In this document: in pieces, positions 1 through 10,332 of the stretch
Position numbering within the stretch: the stretch's first letter is position 1
Layout: each line of letters opens with the position of its first letter
Assembly (NCBI GenBank): GCA_042408215.1
Contig: JAYFMW010000012.1
Span: 1-64,000, forward strand
From: Microcoleus sp.
GTDB lineage: Bacteria > Cyanobacteriota > Cyanobacteriia > Cyanobacteriales > Microcoleaceae
Direction of reading: 5' to 3'
DNA: 64,000 nucleotides
Translations under genes and position numbers: made by a program
Notes under the pieces: generated by a model
Database searches by the model: none
What the model was told of the DNA's origin: nothing
The model's input: the letters and a program-made list of their open reading frames with translations, nothing else

Positions 1-189
1 GGTGAGTTGAGCTCTGCGCCCCCCCCGATCGAACAACGGTACGTCCAACTGTCTCTCTAAGTTTTGCACCTGCAAGCTAACTGCTGGCTGGGATACATAG
101 AGGCTGTCAGCGGCGCGTTTGAAGCTGCCTTCAGAAGCGATCGCCTTGAGAATGCGTAACTGGTCTAAAGTGAAAGGAAGGTCAGACAT
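1..189 (-). CDS. rbcR: LysR-family regulator RbcR/Ycf30, N-terminal part (runs off the window)
   Basis: Manual minus-strand translation from ATG 189: [63 protein letters not shown], a LysR HTH; divergent from the NnrU gene as usual in cyanobacteria. Confidence 0.85.
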   Translation of the reverse strand, partial: MSDLPFTLDQLRILKAIASEGSFKRAADSLYVSQPAVSLQVQNLERQLDVPLFDRGGRRAQLT

Positions 190-342
190 ATATCTAATTG
201 TCAGTTGTCATTTGGTAGTTGTCCGTTGTCCGTTGTCAGGAAAGCAGTGGGCAGCGGGCAATTGTCAAGAAAGCAGTGGGCAGCGGGCAGTTGTCAAGAA
301 AGCAGTGGTCATTTGTCTGTAGCTGCGAATTGGCCGAGCGCT

Positions 343-394
343 AATGACTAATGACTAATGACTGATGACTAATGACTAATGACTGATGACTGAT
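343..394. repeat. STRR-type heptamer array (TAATGAC/TGATGAC)n
   Basis: About 7 tandem copies read directly. Confidence 0.9.
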
Positions 395-468
395 AACCGC
401 TGAATGCTCCCATAGATACTTTGTGACACAATTTGGCCACGAATCAATAACTTTTCTTAATATTTACA

Positions 469-1183
469 ATGACGATCGACTTGGCGCTCAACTCCCACTT
501 AATTATTCTGGGACTTTTACTCGGTTTTGCGATCCGCCCACAGCGGTTTGGCTGCCCTCCGGCCAAAAGGTGAAAAGCTAATCGGGGCGAGACTTTACCG
601 CGTTTTATTTGCCCTTGTCAGTTTGCCGCTAGCAGTCATTCTGATTGTCTACTTTTTCAACCACCGCTACGACGGCGTACAGCTTTGGCAGCTACAAGGC
701 GTACCCGCAGTCAAACCCGTAGTTTGGATACTGTCGGCAATTTCCTTCCTGTTTCTGTACCCAGCAACTTTCAACCTCCTAGAAATTGCCGCAGTCCAAA
801 AGCCCCAAGTTCACCTCTACGAAACTGGCATCATTCGCATCACCCGCCACCCGCAAATGGTGGGACAGGTGATTTGGTGCATAGCCCACACCCTGTGGAT
901 TGGTACTAGCTTTACCCTTGTCACTTCCATTGGTTTGGTAGTCCACCACCTGTTCGGAGTGTGGCACGGCGACAGGCGACTTCAGGCTCGTTTTGGAGAA
1001 TCCTTTGAAACCATCAAATCTCGCACATCAATTTTGCCATTTCTGGCCATCCTCCAAAAGCGTCAAACCCTTGATTTGCTAGAGTTTCTGCGGCCTTCTT
1101 ATCTGGGAGTAGCAATTTTTACCGGATTGCTGTGGAAAATTCATCCATTTTTGATGCGTGCTACGGGGAGCATAGACTGGTAG
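469..1183 (+). pseudogene. NnrU-family 15-cis-zeta-carotene isomerase (Z-ISO) homolog with an apparent +1 frameshift at ~535
   Basis: ATG 469 gives MTIDLALNSHLIILGLLLGFAI, then the frame shifts to AHSGLAALR...ITRHPQMVG (NnrU motifs); extra C in GCGATCCGCC. Confidence 0.75.
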
Positions 1184-1227
1184 CATGATCCCTAGGATAG
1201 AAAAAAATTATTAATTTTTGAGGGATC

Positions 1228-1605
1228 ATGGTGTTGTCCGTTAGCGAACGCACTTTTGCACAAGAGGTGTTTCAAGCATCTACCCCCGTTTTAGTTCATT
1301 TTTGGGCGCCTTGGTGCGGTTTGTGCCGCGCGATCGACCCGACACTAATCACATTTCAATCAGATTGGGCTGGTAAAGTCAAGCTGGTAGGTGTTAATGC
1401 TGACCAAAATTTTAAGTTGGCCCACACTTACCGCCTGACAAGTCTGCCAACACTGATTTTGTTTGAGGGGGACAAAGCTCGATTGAGATTTGAACAATAT
1501 CAAGGGCGTGAGGAACTGCGGCGGACTCTAGACTCCTGGATGCTCGCCTCTGCGGTGTCGGCTCAAACTCAACGGCTGCAACCCCAGGAAATTTGCAACA
1601 GATAA
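1228..1605 (+). CDS. trxC: Thioredoxin, cyanobacterial TrxC type
   Basis: FWAPWCGLC active site. Confidence 0.8.
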   Translation: MVLSVSERTFAQEVFQASTPVLVHFWAPWCGLCRAIDPTLITFQSDWAGKVKLVGVNADQNFKLAHTYRLTSLPTLILFEGDKARLRFEQYQGREELRRTLDSWMLASAVSAQTQRLQPQEICNR

Positions 1606-1865
1606 CGGATGGTAGTGGGTGAGTTTTGAGTTTTGAATTTTGAAAACTGGGGAATTCCCCAGTTTTCTGCCTTGTATCGGGAAACAAAATAGATTTCGAT
1701 CGCCCTATGTATAGCAACATTCTCGGCGGTTAAGACGTTTTCAATTGCTGAAACCATTGATTTTATTGCTTCTTCCTTCTTCCTTCTGGCTTGTTCCTTC
1801 TTGCTGCTGCGATCGGTCGAACTCCCTCCCATCAAACCCGAAAATATTCAGCAGTTCTCAAGTAT

Positions 1866-3260
1866 TATAAAACTTTATTAAGTTTGTAAGCAGTAGTAAG
1901 CAAGGGTAGTATCATATAGTCAGAAGGCTCAACTGAGATAATTATTGCGATTGTTAAAAAATGGAGAGTCTGAATGCAACTAGCAGAAAGACATATCATT
2001 AAATCCACCGAAAATCGTTTTGTTGAAATTGACGGATTAGCCTTTAAATCCAAAAATCTATACAACGTCGCTAACTACGTTATTCGTCAGAGTTTTGTCT
2101 ATGGATGGGGTTATATTAATTACAACGAAATGAACCGTTTGATGAAGTCTCATCAAGCATACAAGGACTTACCAGCCAAGGTAAGTCAACAAATCTTGAT
2201 GATATTGGACAAGAATTGGCAAGCTTTTTTTGAAGCCGTTAAAGCTTACAATATTGAGCCAACAAAATTTACTGGTAGCCCAAAGTTGCCCAAGTACAAA
2301 GATCAAGTTAAGGGTCGGAATATTCTCGTCTATACGATTCAGGCGATTAGTAGCAAGCAACTCAAAAAAGGAATGCTCAAGCTTTCCGGGACTAATATCT
2401 TGATTAAGACCCTGGTAAAACCAGAGCAAATTTGTCAAGTTAGACTGGTTCCAAAATGTGATTCTTATGTAATCGAGGTAATTTATAATGAGCCGGAGTC
2501 CACCATTGATGAAAATCAGAAAGAATTAGTAGCTAGTATTGATTTAGGATTGAATAATTTAGTGGCGCTAACTTCAAATCAGCCGGGCTTTGTCCCTTTA
2601 CTGATTAACGGGCGACCATTAAAATCAATTAATCAGTTTTACAACAAGCGTAAAGCACATCTACAATCTCAATTGAAAGAGAGTCGCAAAACATCGCGTA
2701 GGATTCAGCGTTTGACTCGTTGTAGAAACCAAAAAATCGAGAATTACTTACACCAGGCCAGTCGTTCCATCATCAATATTTTAAGAGAACGAAAGCTCGG
2801 GACGCTAGTGATTGGAAAAAACCGACAATGGAAAAACGAGATTAACTTAGGGAAGCAGACAAATCAGAACTTCGTAACTATTCCTCATGCTCGATTTATT
2901 GAGATGTTGAAATACAAAGCTGAATTGGTGGGAATAAGAGTGATGGTGCAGGAAGAATCATATACTTCTCAATCCAGTTTCCTAAATTTAGATCCAATTC
3001 CTGTATACGGGAGTATTGGTGCCCTGGATGTCACATTCAGTGGCCAACGAATTAAGAGAGGATTGTACAAAACATCCTGCGGTCAATTAATTAATGCCGA
3101 CGTTAATGGGTCTTACAATATTATGCGAAAAGCAATCCCAAATGCCTTGTGCAATGGGATAGAGAGCTGCGTAGTTCAGCCGAGGCGGGTCAATCCGCTC
3201 GAAGTGAAAGCGAAAGGGGAGGGATTCAACGCCTCCCATGGCACTGTAATAGATGACTAT
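1866..3260 (+). mobile_element. TnpB-only IS200/IS605/IS607-superfamily element (copy 1)
   Basis: tnpB ORF; left end AGTAT|TATAAAACTTTATT and right end ACTAT shared with copy 2; boundaries inferred. Confidence 0.7.
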
Positions 3261-3443
3261 ACTTTTACCAGCTATTTATGCCCAGTCGTGCAAGGGTGTG
3301 TCACAATTGTTCACAGTTTTGTCAATCTAGTAGAAACTTTAAACTTCATCAGTCATGGAACTGCTTTATCAATACGCTTGGCTGATTCCAGTCCTGCCAC
3401 TGGCAGGCGCAATGCTAGTCGGTCTTGGCTTAATTACATTTAA
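1974..3443 (+). CDS. tnpB: RNA-guided endonuclease TnpB with a C-terminal read-through extension
   Basis: RuvC motifs SIDLGLNN, QEESYTS, INADVNG; MQLAERHII N-terminus. Confidence 0.9.
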   Translation: MQLAERHIIKSTENRFVEIDGLAFKSKNLYNVANYVIRQSFVYGWGYINYNEMNRLMKSHQAYKDLPAKVSQQILMILDKNWQAFFEAVKAYNIEPTKFTGSPKLPKYKDQVKGRNILVYTIQAISSKQLKKGMLKLSGTNILIKTLVKPEQICQVRLVPKCDSYVIEVIYNEPESTIDENQKELVASIDLGLNNLVALTSNQPGFVPLLINGRPLKSINQFYNKRKAHLQSQLKESRKTSRRIQRLTRCRNQKIENYLHQASRSIINILRERKLGTLVIGKNRQWKNEINLGKQTNQNFVTIPHARFIEMLKYKAELVGIRVMVQEESYTSQSSFLNLDPIPVYGSIGALDVTFSGQRIKRGLYKTSCGQLINADVNGSYNIMRKAIPNALCNGIESCVVQPRRVNPLEVKAKGEGFNASHGTVIDDYTFTSYLCPVVQGCVTIVHSFVNLVETLNFISHGTALSIRLADSSPATGRRNASRSWLNYI

Positions 3444-5400
3444 TCAAGCCACCAACAAGATCCGGGAAGGATGTTCGATCGTCATCGTCTCCCTGCTGGG
3501 AGGGTCAATGGTACTCTCCTTCGCATTGCTTTGGAGTCAACTTCAAGGTCACGCACCCTACACCAAAATTATTGAGTGGGCTTCTGCTGGCGACTTCTCC
3601 CTGAGCATGGGCTACATCATCGACCCCCTGACATCGGTCATGTTGGCGATCGTCACTACGGTCGCCTTTTTGGTGATGATTTACACCGACGGCTACATGG
3701 CCCACGATGACGGGTACGTGCGCTTTTACGCCTATCTGAGCATCTTCAGCTCGTCGATGTTAGGTCTAGTAGTCAGCCCAAACATAATTCAGATTTATAT
3801 TTTTTGGGAACTCGTGGGGATGTGTTCCTACCTGCTAATCGGCTTTTGGTACGATCGCAAACCCGCTGCTGACGCCTGCCAAAAAGCCTTCGTCACCAAC
3901 CGCGTCGGCGACTTCGGCCTCCTGCTGGGCATCCTCGGCATTTACTGGGCCACCGGCAGCTTTGAATTTGACGTGATGGGCGATCGCCTGCACCATGCAG
4001 TCGAATCCGGCGCCATCAGCGCCACTCTAGCGACAATCTTCGGCGTTCTCATATTTTTGGGCCCCGCAGCCAAATCGTCTCAATTCCCCCTCCACGTCTG
4101 GCTACCAGACGCAATGGAAGGCCCGACACCGATTTCGGCTCTAATCCACGCCGCGACAATGGTAGCCGCCGGCGTATTTCTGATTGCTCGGATGTACCCG
4201 GTGTTTGAAGGGTTGCCGGCAGTCATGAATTTGATCGCCTGTACAGGCTGTTTTACGGCATTTATGGGGGCTTCGATCGCCATTACCCAAAATGACATCA
4301 AAAAAGGCCTAGCCTACTCCACCATCTCCCAACTGGGCTATATGGTAATGGCAATGGGTGTCGGTGCCTACAGTGCCGGACTTTTCCACTTGATGACACA
4401 CGCTTACTTCAAAGCGATGCTGTTCCTCTGTTCTGGTTCAGTCATTCACGGTATGGAAGCAGTTGTCGGCCACAACCCTGCGATCGCTCAAGACATGAGA
4501 GTCATGGGCGGCTTGCGGAAATATATGCCGATTACCGCAACTTGCTTTTTGATCGGAAATTTAGCAATCTGCGGTATTCCGCCCTTTGCTGGTTTTTGGT
4601 CAAAAGACGAAATTCTCGCCCAAGCTTTCGCAGCAAATCCCGCTCTGTGGGCTGTGAGCTGGGTGACGGCTGGGATGACCGCGTTTTATATGTTTCGGAT
4701 GTATTTCAGCACCTTTGAGGGCGAATTCCGGGGGAATGACAACGCCATCAAACAGCAACTTCTGCAACCAGGTTTGGTATTCGGCCCTGGGGCGATGAAT
4801 GTTAAGGAATTAGCCGCCACTGGCGAAAGTCACGACGAACATGACCATTTCCCTCACGAATCTCCTCTGACAATGGCTTTACCGTTAGTGGTTTTGGCAA
4901 TACCTTCTGTGTTAATTGGTTTTGTCGGTACGCCCTTTGCCAATTATTTCGAGCAGTTTGTTCATGCGCCTGGGGAGTCTCTGGAAGAAGTATTGGAACA
5001 CGCCGCCGAGTTCGATTTGACGGAATTTCTAATCATGGGTGGCAGCTCTGTAGGTATTGCTTTGCTGGGCATTACTTTGGCTTCTCTGATGTATTTGAGC
5101 CGGAAAATTGATGCTGGGGCGATCGCTCAAAAAATCAAACCACTGTACGAATTCTCCCTCAACAAGTGGTATCTCGACGACATCAACGAATTTCTCTTCG
5201 TCAAAGGCAGTCGCCGTTTAGCGCGACAAGTCATGGAAGTCGATTTACGAGTCGTCGATGGTGTGGTTAATTTAACCGGTTTTCTCGCCCTGGTAACAGG
5301 CGAAGGACTGAAATACATTGAGAGCGGTCGCGCTCAATTTTATGCCCTGATTGTGTTTGTCGCAGTTCTGGGTTTTGCGATCGTTTCTGGAGTCAGTTAA
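3355..5400 (+). CDS. ndhF: NAD(P)H-quinone oxidoreductase subunit 5 (NdhF1)
   Basis: MELLYQYAWLIPVLPL start; KSSQFPLHVWLPDAMEGPTPISALIHAATMVAAG. Confidence 0.95.
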   Translation: MELLYQYAWLIPVLPLAGAMLVGLGLITFNQATNKIREGCSIVIVSLLGGSMVLSFALLWSQLQGHAPYTKIIEWASAGDFSLSMGYIIDPLTSVMLAIVTTVAFLVMIYTDGYMAHDDGYVRFYAYLSIFSSSMLGLVVSPNIIQIYIFWELVGMCSYLLIGFWYDRKPAADACQKAFVTNRVGDFGLLLGILGIYWATGSFEFDVMGDRLHHAVESGAISATLATIFGVLIFLGPAAKSSQFPLHVWLPDAMEGPTPISALIHAATMVAAGVFLIARMYPVFEGLPAVMNLIACTGCFTAFMGASIAITQNDIKKGLAYSTISQLGYMVMAMGVGAYSAGLFHLMTHAYFKAMLFLCSGSVIHGMEAVVGHNPAIAQDMRVMGGLRKYMPITATCFLIGNLAICGIPPFAGFWSKDEILAQAFAANPALWAVSWVTAGMTAFYMFRMYFSTFEGEFRGNDNAIKQQLLQPGLVFGPGAMNVKELAATGESHDEHDHFPHESPLTMALPLVVLAIPSVLIGFVGTPFANYFEQFVHAPGESLEEVLEHAAEFDLTEFLIMGGSSVGIALLGITLASLMYLSRKIDAGAIAQKIKPLYEFSLNKWYLDDINEFLFVKGSRRLARQVMEVDLRVVDGVVNLTGFLALVTGEGLKYIESGRAQFYALIVFVAVLGFAIVSGVS

Positions 5401-5403
5401 ATC

Positions 5404-5686
5404 TGTAGGGAAACGGCAATGCTGTCTCCTCCCTTGTAAGTTTCTGTAGGGTGCGTCGCGATCGACTAATTCAACGCACAGCGACAATCTCATGGCGACG
5501 CACCTCACAATCACTAGATCCCCCCTAACCCCCCTTAATAAGGGGGGAAAAAGAGTATTCTCTCAAAGTCCCCCTGATGGAATAAGAGTTTTCTCTCAAA
5601 GTCCCCCTTCTTAAGGGGGATTTAGGGGGATCTGAACTCAGCGATCGACAAGAGATACAAAGGTTTTTAGAGTTAAGTTGACACGA
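5404..5686. repeat. REP-like palindromes plus a MITE-like CCCCCTTAATAAGGGGGG element
   Basis: GTAGGGTGCGTCGC...GGCGACGCACC; CCCCCCTTAATAAGGGGGG; ends GTTAAGTTGACAC (same family as 54387-55901). Confidence 0.7.
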
Positions 5687-5923
5687 TTAAAAGTATTGTC
5701 ATGTCCCACCATAAAATATTTTAAGAACAGACATTAGCTTAATAACTCAGAATTGACAATTAGCCAAGAGAAATAAATTTTTGATTCAACTCGAATTATG
5801 CGATCGCATCATTCGTAGCAATTATTGCAAAAATTACGTTTAGTATAAAGAAAGTATAAAATTTAGAGCATAATTGCCATAATATGTTTAAACCTAATAA
5901 CTGATGGCTAATTTTAAAACGCA

Positions 5924-7507
5924 ATGGATACAGCTAACTTTCCCTGGTTAACCACAACAATCCTGTTTCCCATTGCTGCGTCTTTGCTGATCCCTTTGAT
6001 TCCCGATAAGGATGGCAAGACGGTGCGGTGGTATGCTTTGATTGTCGGTTTGATTGATTTTGCTCTGCTTGTTTATGCTTTTTACACTCAGTACGACTTC
6101 AGCAATCCGGGACTGCAACTGGTAGAAAGTTATACTTGGGTGCAGCAACTGGATTTGAATTGGTCTGTGGGTGCTGACGGTTTGTCGATGCCACTGATTT
6201 TGCTGACGGGTTTTATCACTACCCTAGCTACTTTAGCGGCTTGGCCGGTTACTTTTAAACCGAAGCTATTTTACTTTTTGATGTTGATAATGTACGGCGG
6301 CCAAATAGCTGTTTTTGCCGTGCAGGATATGTTGCTGTTTTTCCTGGTTTGGGAATTGGAATTAGTGCCGATTTACCTAATTTTGTCCATCTGGGGTGGC
6401 AAAAAACGGCTCTACGCAGCAACTAAGTTTATCCTTTACACGGCGGGCGGTTCGCTGTTTATTTTGGTTGGTGCGCTGACGATGGCGTTTTATGGCGATA
6501 CGGTGACTTTTGATATGCGGGCGATCGCACTTAAAGACTTCGCCCCCAATATAGAATTGCTACTGTACGCAGGTTTCTTGATAGCTTACGGCGTCAAACT
6601 GCCGATTTTTCCCCTGCACACTTGGCTCCCTGACGCTCACGGCGAAGCCACCGCACCCGCCCATATGTTGCTAGCAGGAATTCTGCTAAAAATGGGCGGC
6701 TACGCTTTGCTCAGAATGAATGCGGGAATGCTCCCTGATGCTCACGCTACCTTCGCACCGCTGTTAGTAATTTTGGGTGTAGTAAATATTGTTTACGCCG
6801 CCTTAACTTCTTTTGCTCAGCGCAATTTGAAGCGGAAAATTGCCTATTCTTCGATTTCGCACATGGGCTTTGTGCTGATTGGGATAGCTTCGTTTACCGA
6901 TTTGGGTGTTAGCGGTGCAATGCTGCAAATGGTTTCCCACGGTTTAATTGGGGCGAGTTTGTTCTTTATGGTGGGTTGTACTTACGATCGCACTCACACG
7001 CTCATGCTGGACGAAATGGGCGGTGTTGGGCAGAAAATGCGTAAGGTTTTCGCCATGTGGACTGCTTGTTCTATGGCTTCTTTGGCTTTGCCGGGAATGA
7101 GCGGTTTTGTAGCAGAATTGATGGTGTTTGTGGGTTTTGCAACCAGCGATGCTTACAATCCGGTGTTTAAGGTTTGCGTGATATGTCTCGCTGCTTTCGG
7201 GGTGATTTTGACTCCGATTTATCTGCTTTCTATGCTGCGTGAAATCTTCTACGGGCCTGAGAATAAGGAATTGGTGGAACACGAGGAATTGGTGGATGCG
7301 GAACCGCGAGAAGTGTTTATTATTGCTGCGCTGTTGATACCGATTATTGGCATTGGTTTGTATCCGAAAATGCTGACTCAGGTTTATGATGCGACTACTG
7401 TTCAGTTGACTGCAAGATTGCGGGATTCTGTCCCTTCTCTGGCGAAAGTTGGAGATGCGAAAACTGTGTCTTTGAGGGCACCTGCGATCGAGCTGAGTAG
7501 GTTGTAA
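5924..7507 (+). CDS. ndhD: NAD(P)H-quinone oxidoreductase subunit 4 (NdhD1)
   Basis: [29 protein letters not shown]; follows ndhF. Confidence 0.95.
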   Translation: MDTANFPWLTTTILFPIAASLLIPLIPDKDGKTVRWYALIVGLIDFALLVYAFYTQYDFSNPGLQLVESYTWVQQLDLNWSVGADGLSMPLILLTGFITTLATLAAWPVTFKPKLFYFLMLIMYGGQIAVFAVQDMLLFFLVWELELVPIYLILSIWGGKKRLYAATKFILYTAGGSLFILVGALTMAFYGDTVTFDMRAIALKDFAPNIELLLYAGFLIAYGVKLPIFPLHTWLPDAHGEATAPAHMLLAGILLKMGGYALLRMNAGMLPDAHATFAPLLVILGVVNIVYAALTSFAQRNLKRKIAYSSISHMGFVLIGIASFTDLGVSGAMLQMVSHGLIGASLFFMVGCTYDRTHTLMLDEMGGVGQKMRKVFAMWTACSMASLALPGMSGFVAELMVFVGFATSDAYNPVFKVCVICLAAFGVILTPIYLLSMLREIFYGPENKELVEHEELVDAEPREVFIIAALLIPIIGIGLYPKMLTQVYDATTVQLTARLRDSVPSLAKVGDAKTVSLRAPAIELSRL

Positions 7508-7526
7508 TTTGAACTGGATTTAGGAA

Positions 7527-7571
7527 GAAAACCCCCAAACCAATTTTAAAAATAGGGTTTGGGGGTTTTCT
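7527..7571 (+). terminator. Stem-loop after ndhD
   Basis: GAAAACCCCCAAACC...GGTTTGGGGGTTTTC inverted repeat. Confidence 0.65.
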
Positions 7572-7822
7572 ATATACTGATGAAAGCAAATTAGTTAGAT
7601 TGGGAGTTTTTCACCGCAGATGTCAACAGATAAACACAGATGAACGCTGATGTCATTTCTAGCAGTGTTGCTCTGCTTACTGTTAAAATATTAAGTAAGT
7701 CAACGGCTCAACTCTGCCTTAATCCTTCCCTCGCAATACCCAATATTTCAAAATTGCGGGTCCCTCGCAAGTTTTGAAGCGATGCGCTAAAATCCTAAGC
7801 AGATAGCTATTAGAGATGGCTC

Positions 7823-8023
7823 ATGAAGATTAAGGCGATTATCTGGCAAGAAGATGGCCTATGGTGTGGCTCAGTTCCAGCACTTCCAGGTTGTCACACA
7901 TGGGGAGAGAGTTACGAACAATTATTAGAGATGCTTGAAGATGCTGTTCAGGGTTGGCTGGAAGTCGCCAGCCAACAAAATGAACTTGCGCCCGATCAAC
8001 AGTTAATTGAGTTATCTCTATGA
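7823..8023 (+). CDS. hicB: HicB-like antitoxin (short)
   Basis: SVPALPGCHTWGESYEQLLEMLEDAV. Confidence 0.85.
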   Translation: MKIKAIIWQEDGLWCGSVPALPGCHTWGESYEQLLEMLEDAVQGWLEVASQQNELAPDQQLIELSL

Positions 8024-8229
8024 AATCTGTTTCTGGCAAAGCACTTTGCAAAATCATTGAGCGACATGGTTGAGAGCTAAAAAGAATCACTGGTAGCCAT
8101 CATATCTACACAAAAGAGGAGGTGGCAGTTATTCTCTCTATTCCTGTGCATGGAAATCGAGACTTACCTACTGGAACCTTAAGAAGTCTTCTCAAAGATG
8201 CTGGGATTACGGAGGAAGATCTGCAATAG
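8020..8229 (+). pseudogene. hicA: HicA mRNA-interferase toxin with an in-frame TGA at codon 18
   Basis: MKSVSGKALCKIIERHG*ELKRITGSHHIY...IPVHGNRDLPTGTLRSLLKDAG; ATGA overlap with hicB. Confidence 0.85.
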
Positions 8230-8357
8230 CAGCCTTTCAATTCGGTGAAATCGCTCTCTTAGTTTTGAGTCTTAATTGTTCTTTTTTATGAGACAGATAT
8301 GCTATACTTAAAACAGTTGCGTTTTGCTTAAAAATCAAGCTGTTTGAATTTAACTTT

Positions 8358-8567
8358 ATGAGAACGTTCACTGCGGTTGTTGAAAAAGACTATGAAACTG
8401 CTTTGTATGTAGGTTATGTTCCCGGTTTCCCTGGAGCGCATTCTCAAGGAGAAACTTTAGACGAGCTACAAGCGAACCTGCGTGAAGTGATCGAGATGCT
8501 GTTGGAAGATGAAAATCTAGCCTTCAATGCAGACTTTGTTGGTACTCAGCAAATTGTAGTTGCGTAG
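8358..8567 (+). CDS. hicB: HicB-like antitoxin
   Basis: YVGYVPGFPGAHSQGETLDELQANLREVI. Confidence 0.85.
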   Translation: MRTFTAVVEKDYETALYVGYVPGFPGAHSQGETLDELQANLREVIEMLLEDENLAFNADFVGTQQIVVA

Positions 8568-8795
8568 GTGATGAGCAATATTCCTGTTTTGAAGCCCCAA
8601 GAGATTGTTCGCATCTTAGAAAATCTTGGGTTTGTGGAGGTTCGTCAGAAGGGATCGCACAAGCAGTTTCGTCATGAAGATGGTCGAGGAACGACTGTTC
8701 CATTTCATAAAGGTCGCGATATTTCTCCCAGATTGCTACGGCAGATTGCAGGTGACATTGAATTGACCGTTGAAGAGTTTTTACAGTCGTGGTGA
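8568..8795 (+). CDS. hicA: HicA toxin
   Basis: GFVEVRQKGSHKQFRH...TTVPFHKGRDI. Confidence 0.88.
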   Translation: MMSNIPVLKPQEIVRILENLGFVEVRQKGSHKQFRHEDGRGTTVPFHKGRDISPRLLRQIAGDIELTVEEFLQSW

Positions 8796-9279
8796 TGTCT
8801 AACAAGCCCTTTGTACGCCGACTGTATCGAGGTCATAGAAGGTGGAGTTTAGAATTTTCAGGAACTTATCATGCTTCGATCGCCATACCCAATACTTCAA
8901 AATTACCATGAGGTCGATCGATCTTCAATGAGCGTGCACTCGCAGTTCGCAAGTTTTGATTCCATCGGGATCTTATCGGCAAAAAACCTAGGAATAAAAC
9001 CCCCAAATCCAGTTGTAAAATGGGTTTGGGGGAATTCGTTGAGGCTGGGAAGCATTCTCATCCGGCTGCTCTCGTTTCGCGATATTTGCAAATGATGAAG
9101 CCGTGGATTCTGATCTGCGGGAATCAGCGACAATCTCTTGATCTCGGTGGGATTTAATGATGAAATATAAGCCAGGAGAATAGTTCGATTTGAGCATTTG
9201 TTTTGGGCGTTTTTTCAGGGAACGACATCCCGAAAAATTCTTGCTATTATCGACCAATAAGAACGTTGAGGCTGTATAG

Positions 9280-10332
9280 ATGACTGGCAAAGCTCAGACT
9301 GGGACTAGACAATTATTGCATAGATTGTGGTTAACCTTAACCCAATGGCGATCGCTCAGTATCCTTTTCATTTTGACACTAGGAGTTAGCCTAATTGTAA
9401 ATGCCTGTAACCAGGCACCACAGCAACTAGCTCCCCTGCGCGTCGGAATCGCCACTTGGGCAGGATTTGATATTGTGCTCTATGCTCAGGAAGCCGGATT
9501 ATTCAAACAGCGCGGATTGGACGTGCAACTCATTCGGTTTGAAAATCAACAAGATGCAACTCGCGCCATGCTGCGCGGTACTCTAGACGCTAATTTCGCC
9601 TCTTTGTGGGATGTGATGCAGTCTGATTCGGAGAGTGACAAGCCTGCGGTGGTGATGGTAACAAATATTTCTCGCGGGGCTGACGGCATTGTTGCTCAAC
9701 CGGCAATTAAGTCAGTGGAAGAATTGCGCGGTAAAAGAGTCGGAGCTAAACTGGGAACAGTGAATCATCTGATTTTATTGGAAGCCCTCAAGTTGCACCA
9801 GATTAAACCCGCAGAGGTCAAGGTTGAGGATATTTCCAACGAAATGGCGGTTGATTTGATGCAGAATAAACGTTTAGATGCAGCCGTGATCTGGCAACCA
9901 CTTCTAGGAGAAACTGCTCAATCTATCAAGGGGAATATCATTTACACCACTCAGGAAGTTGATACTTTGGTCATTGATACATTGGCTTCTAGAACAACTA
10001 TTATTCGCACCAAGAAAGCTGAATTAAAGCAATTTATTATGGCTTGGTTTGATCTTATGAGTGCTGTGGAAACAAAGCCGAAGGTCGTGTTTCAAAAGGT
10101 TGCTCAAAAGCTGGGACAGAATGGTGAGGCTTTTGCTCAAGATTATGCCGGTCTCAAAAAGGGTGACATCGCTATGCAGCAACAGATGTTTAAATCTGGT
10201 CGCTTACCAGAGGCGATCGCTCAAATGGCTGAACTATTAAAATCTGACCCCCGTGCTGGACGGATGCCACGTCAGGATGTGGAGATTAATACTGAGCTCG
10301 TAACTACAGCGATCGAGGAGTGGAAATTATGA
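9280..10332 (+). CDS. ABC-type solute-binding lipoprotein (NMT1/THI5/SsuA-like)
   Basis: Lipobox-like VNAC; TNISRGADGIVA; ELRGKRVG; LDAAVIWQP. Confidence 0.8.
   Translation: MTGKAQTGTRQLLHRLWLTLTQWRSLSILFILTLGVSLIVNACNQAPQQLAPLRVGIATWAGFDIVLYAQEAGLFKQRGLDVQLIRFENQQDATRAMLRGTLDANFASLWDVMQSDSESDKPAVVMVTNISRGADGIVAQPAIKSVEELRGKRVGAKLGTVNHLILLEALKLHQIKPAEVKVEDISNEMAVDLMQNKRLDAAVIWQPLLGETAQSIKGNIIYTTQEVDTLVIDTLASRTTIIRTKKAELKQFIMAWFDLMSAVETKPKVVFQKVAQKLGQNGEAFAQDYAGLKKGDIAMQQQMFKSGRLPEAIAQMAELLKSDPRAGRMPRQDVEINTELVTTAIEEWKL

Noticed and set aside
8795..8860. Integron attC site after hicA (GTCTAACAAG...)
   Set aside because: No matching GTTRRRY end or clear attC stem, and no integrase
8871..9290. 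Short ORFs between hicA and the binding-protein gene
   Set aside because: No recognisable motifs, and they overlap a palindrome; probably spurious or decayed
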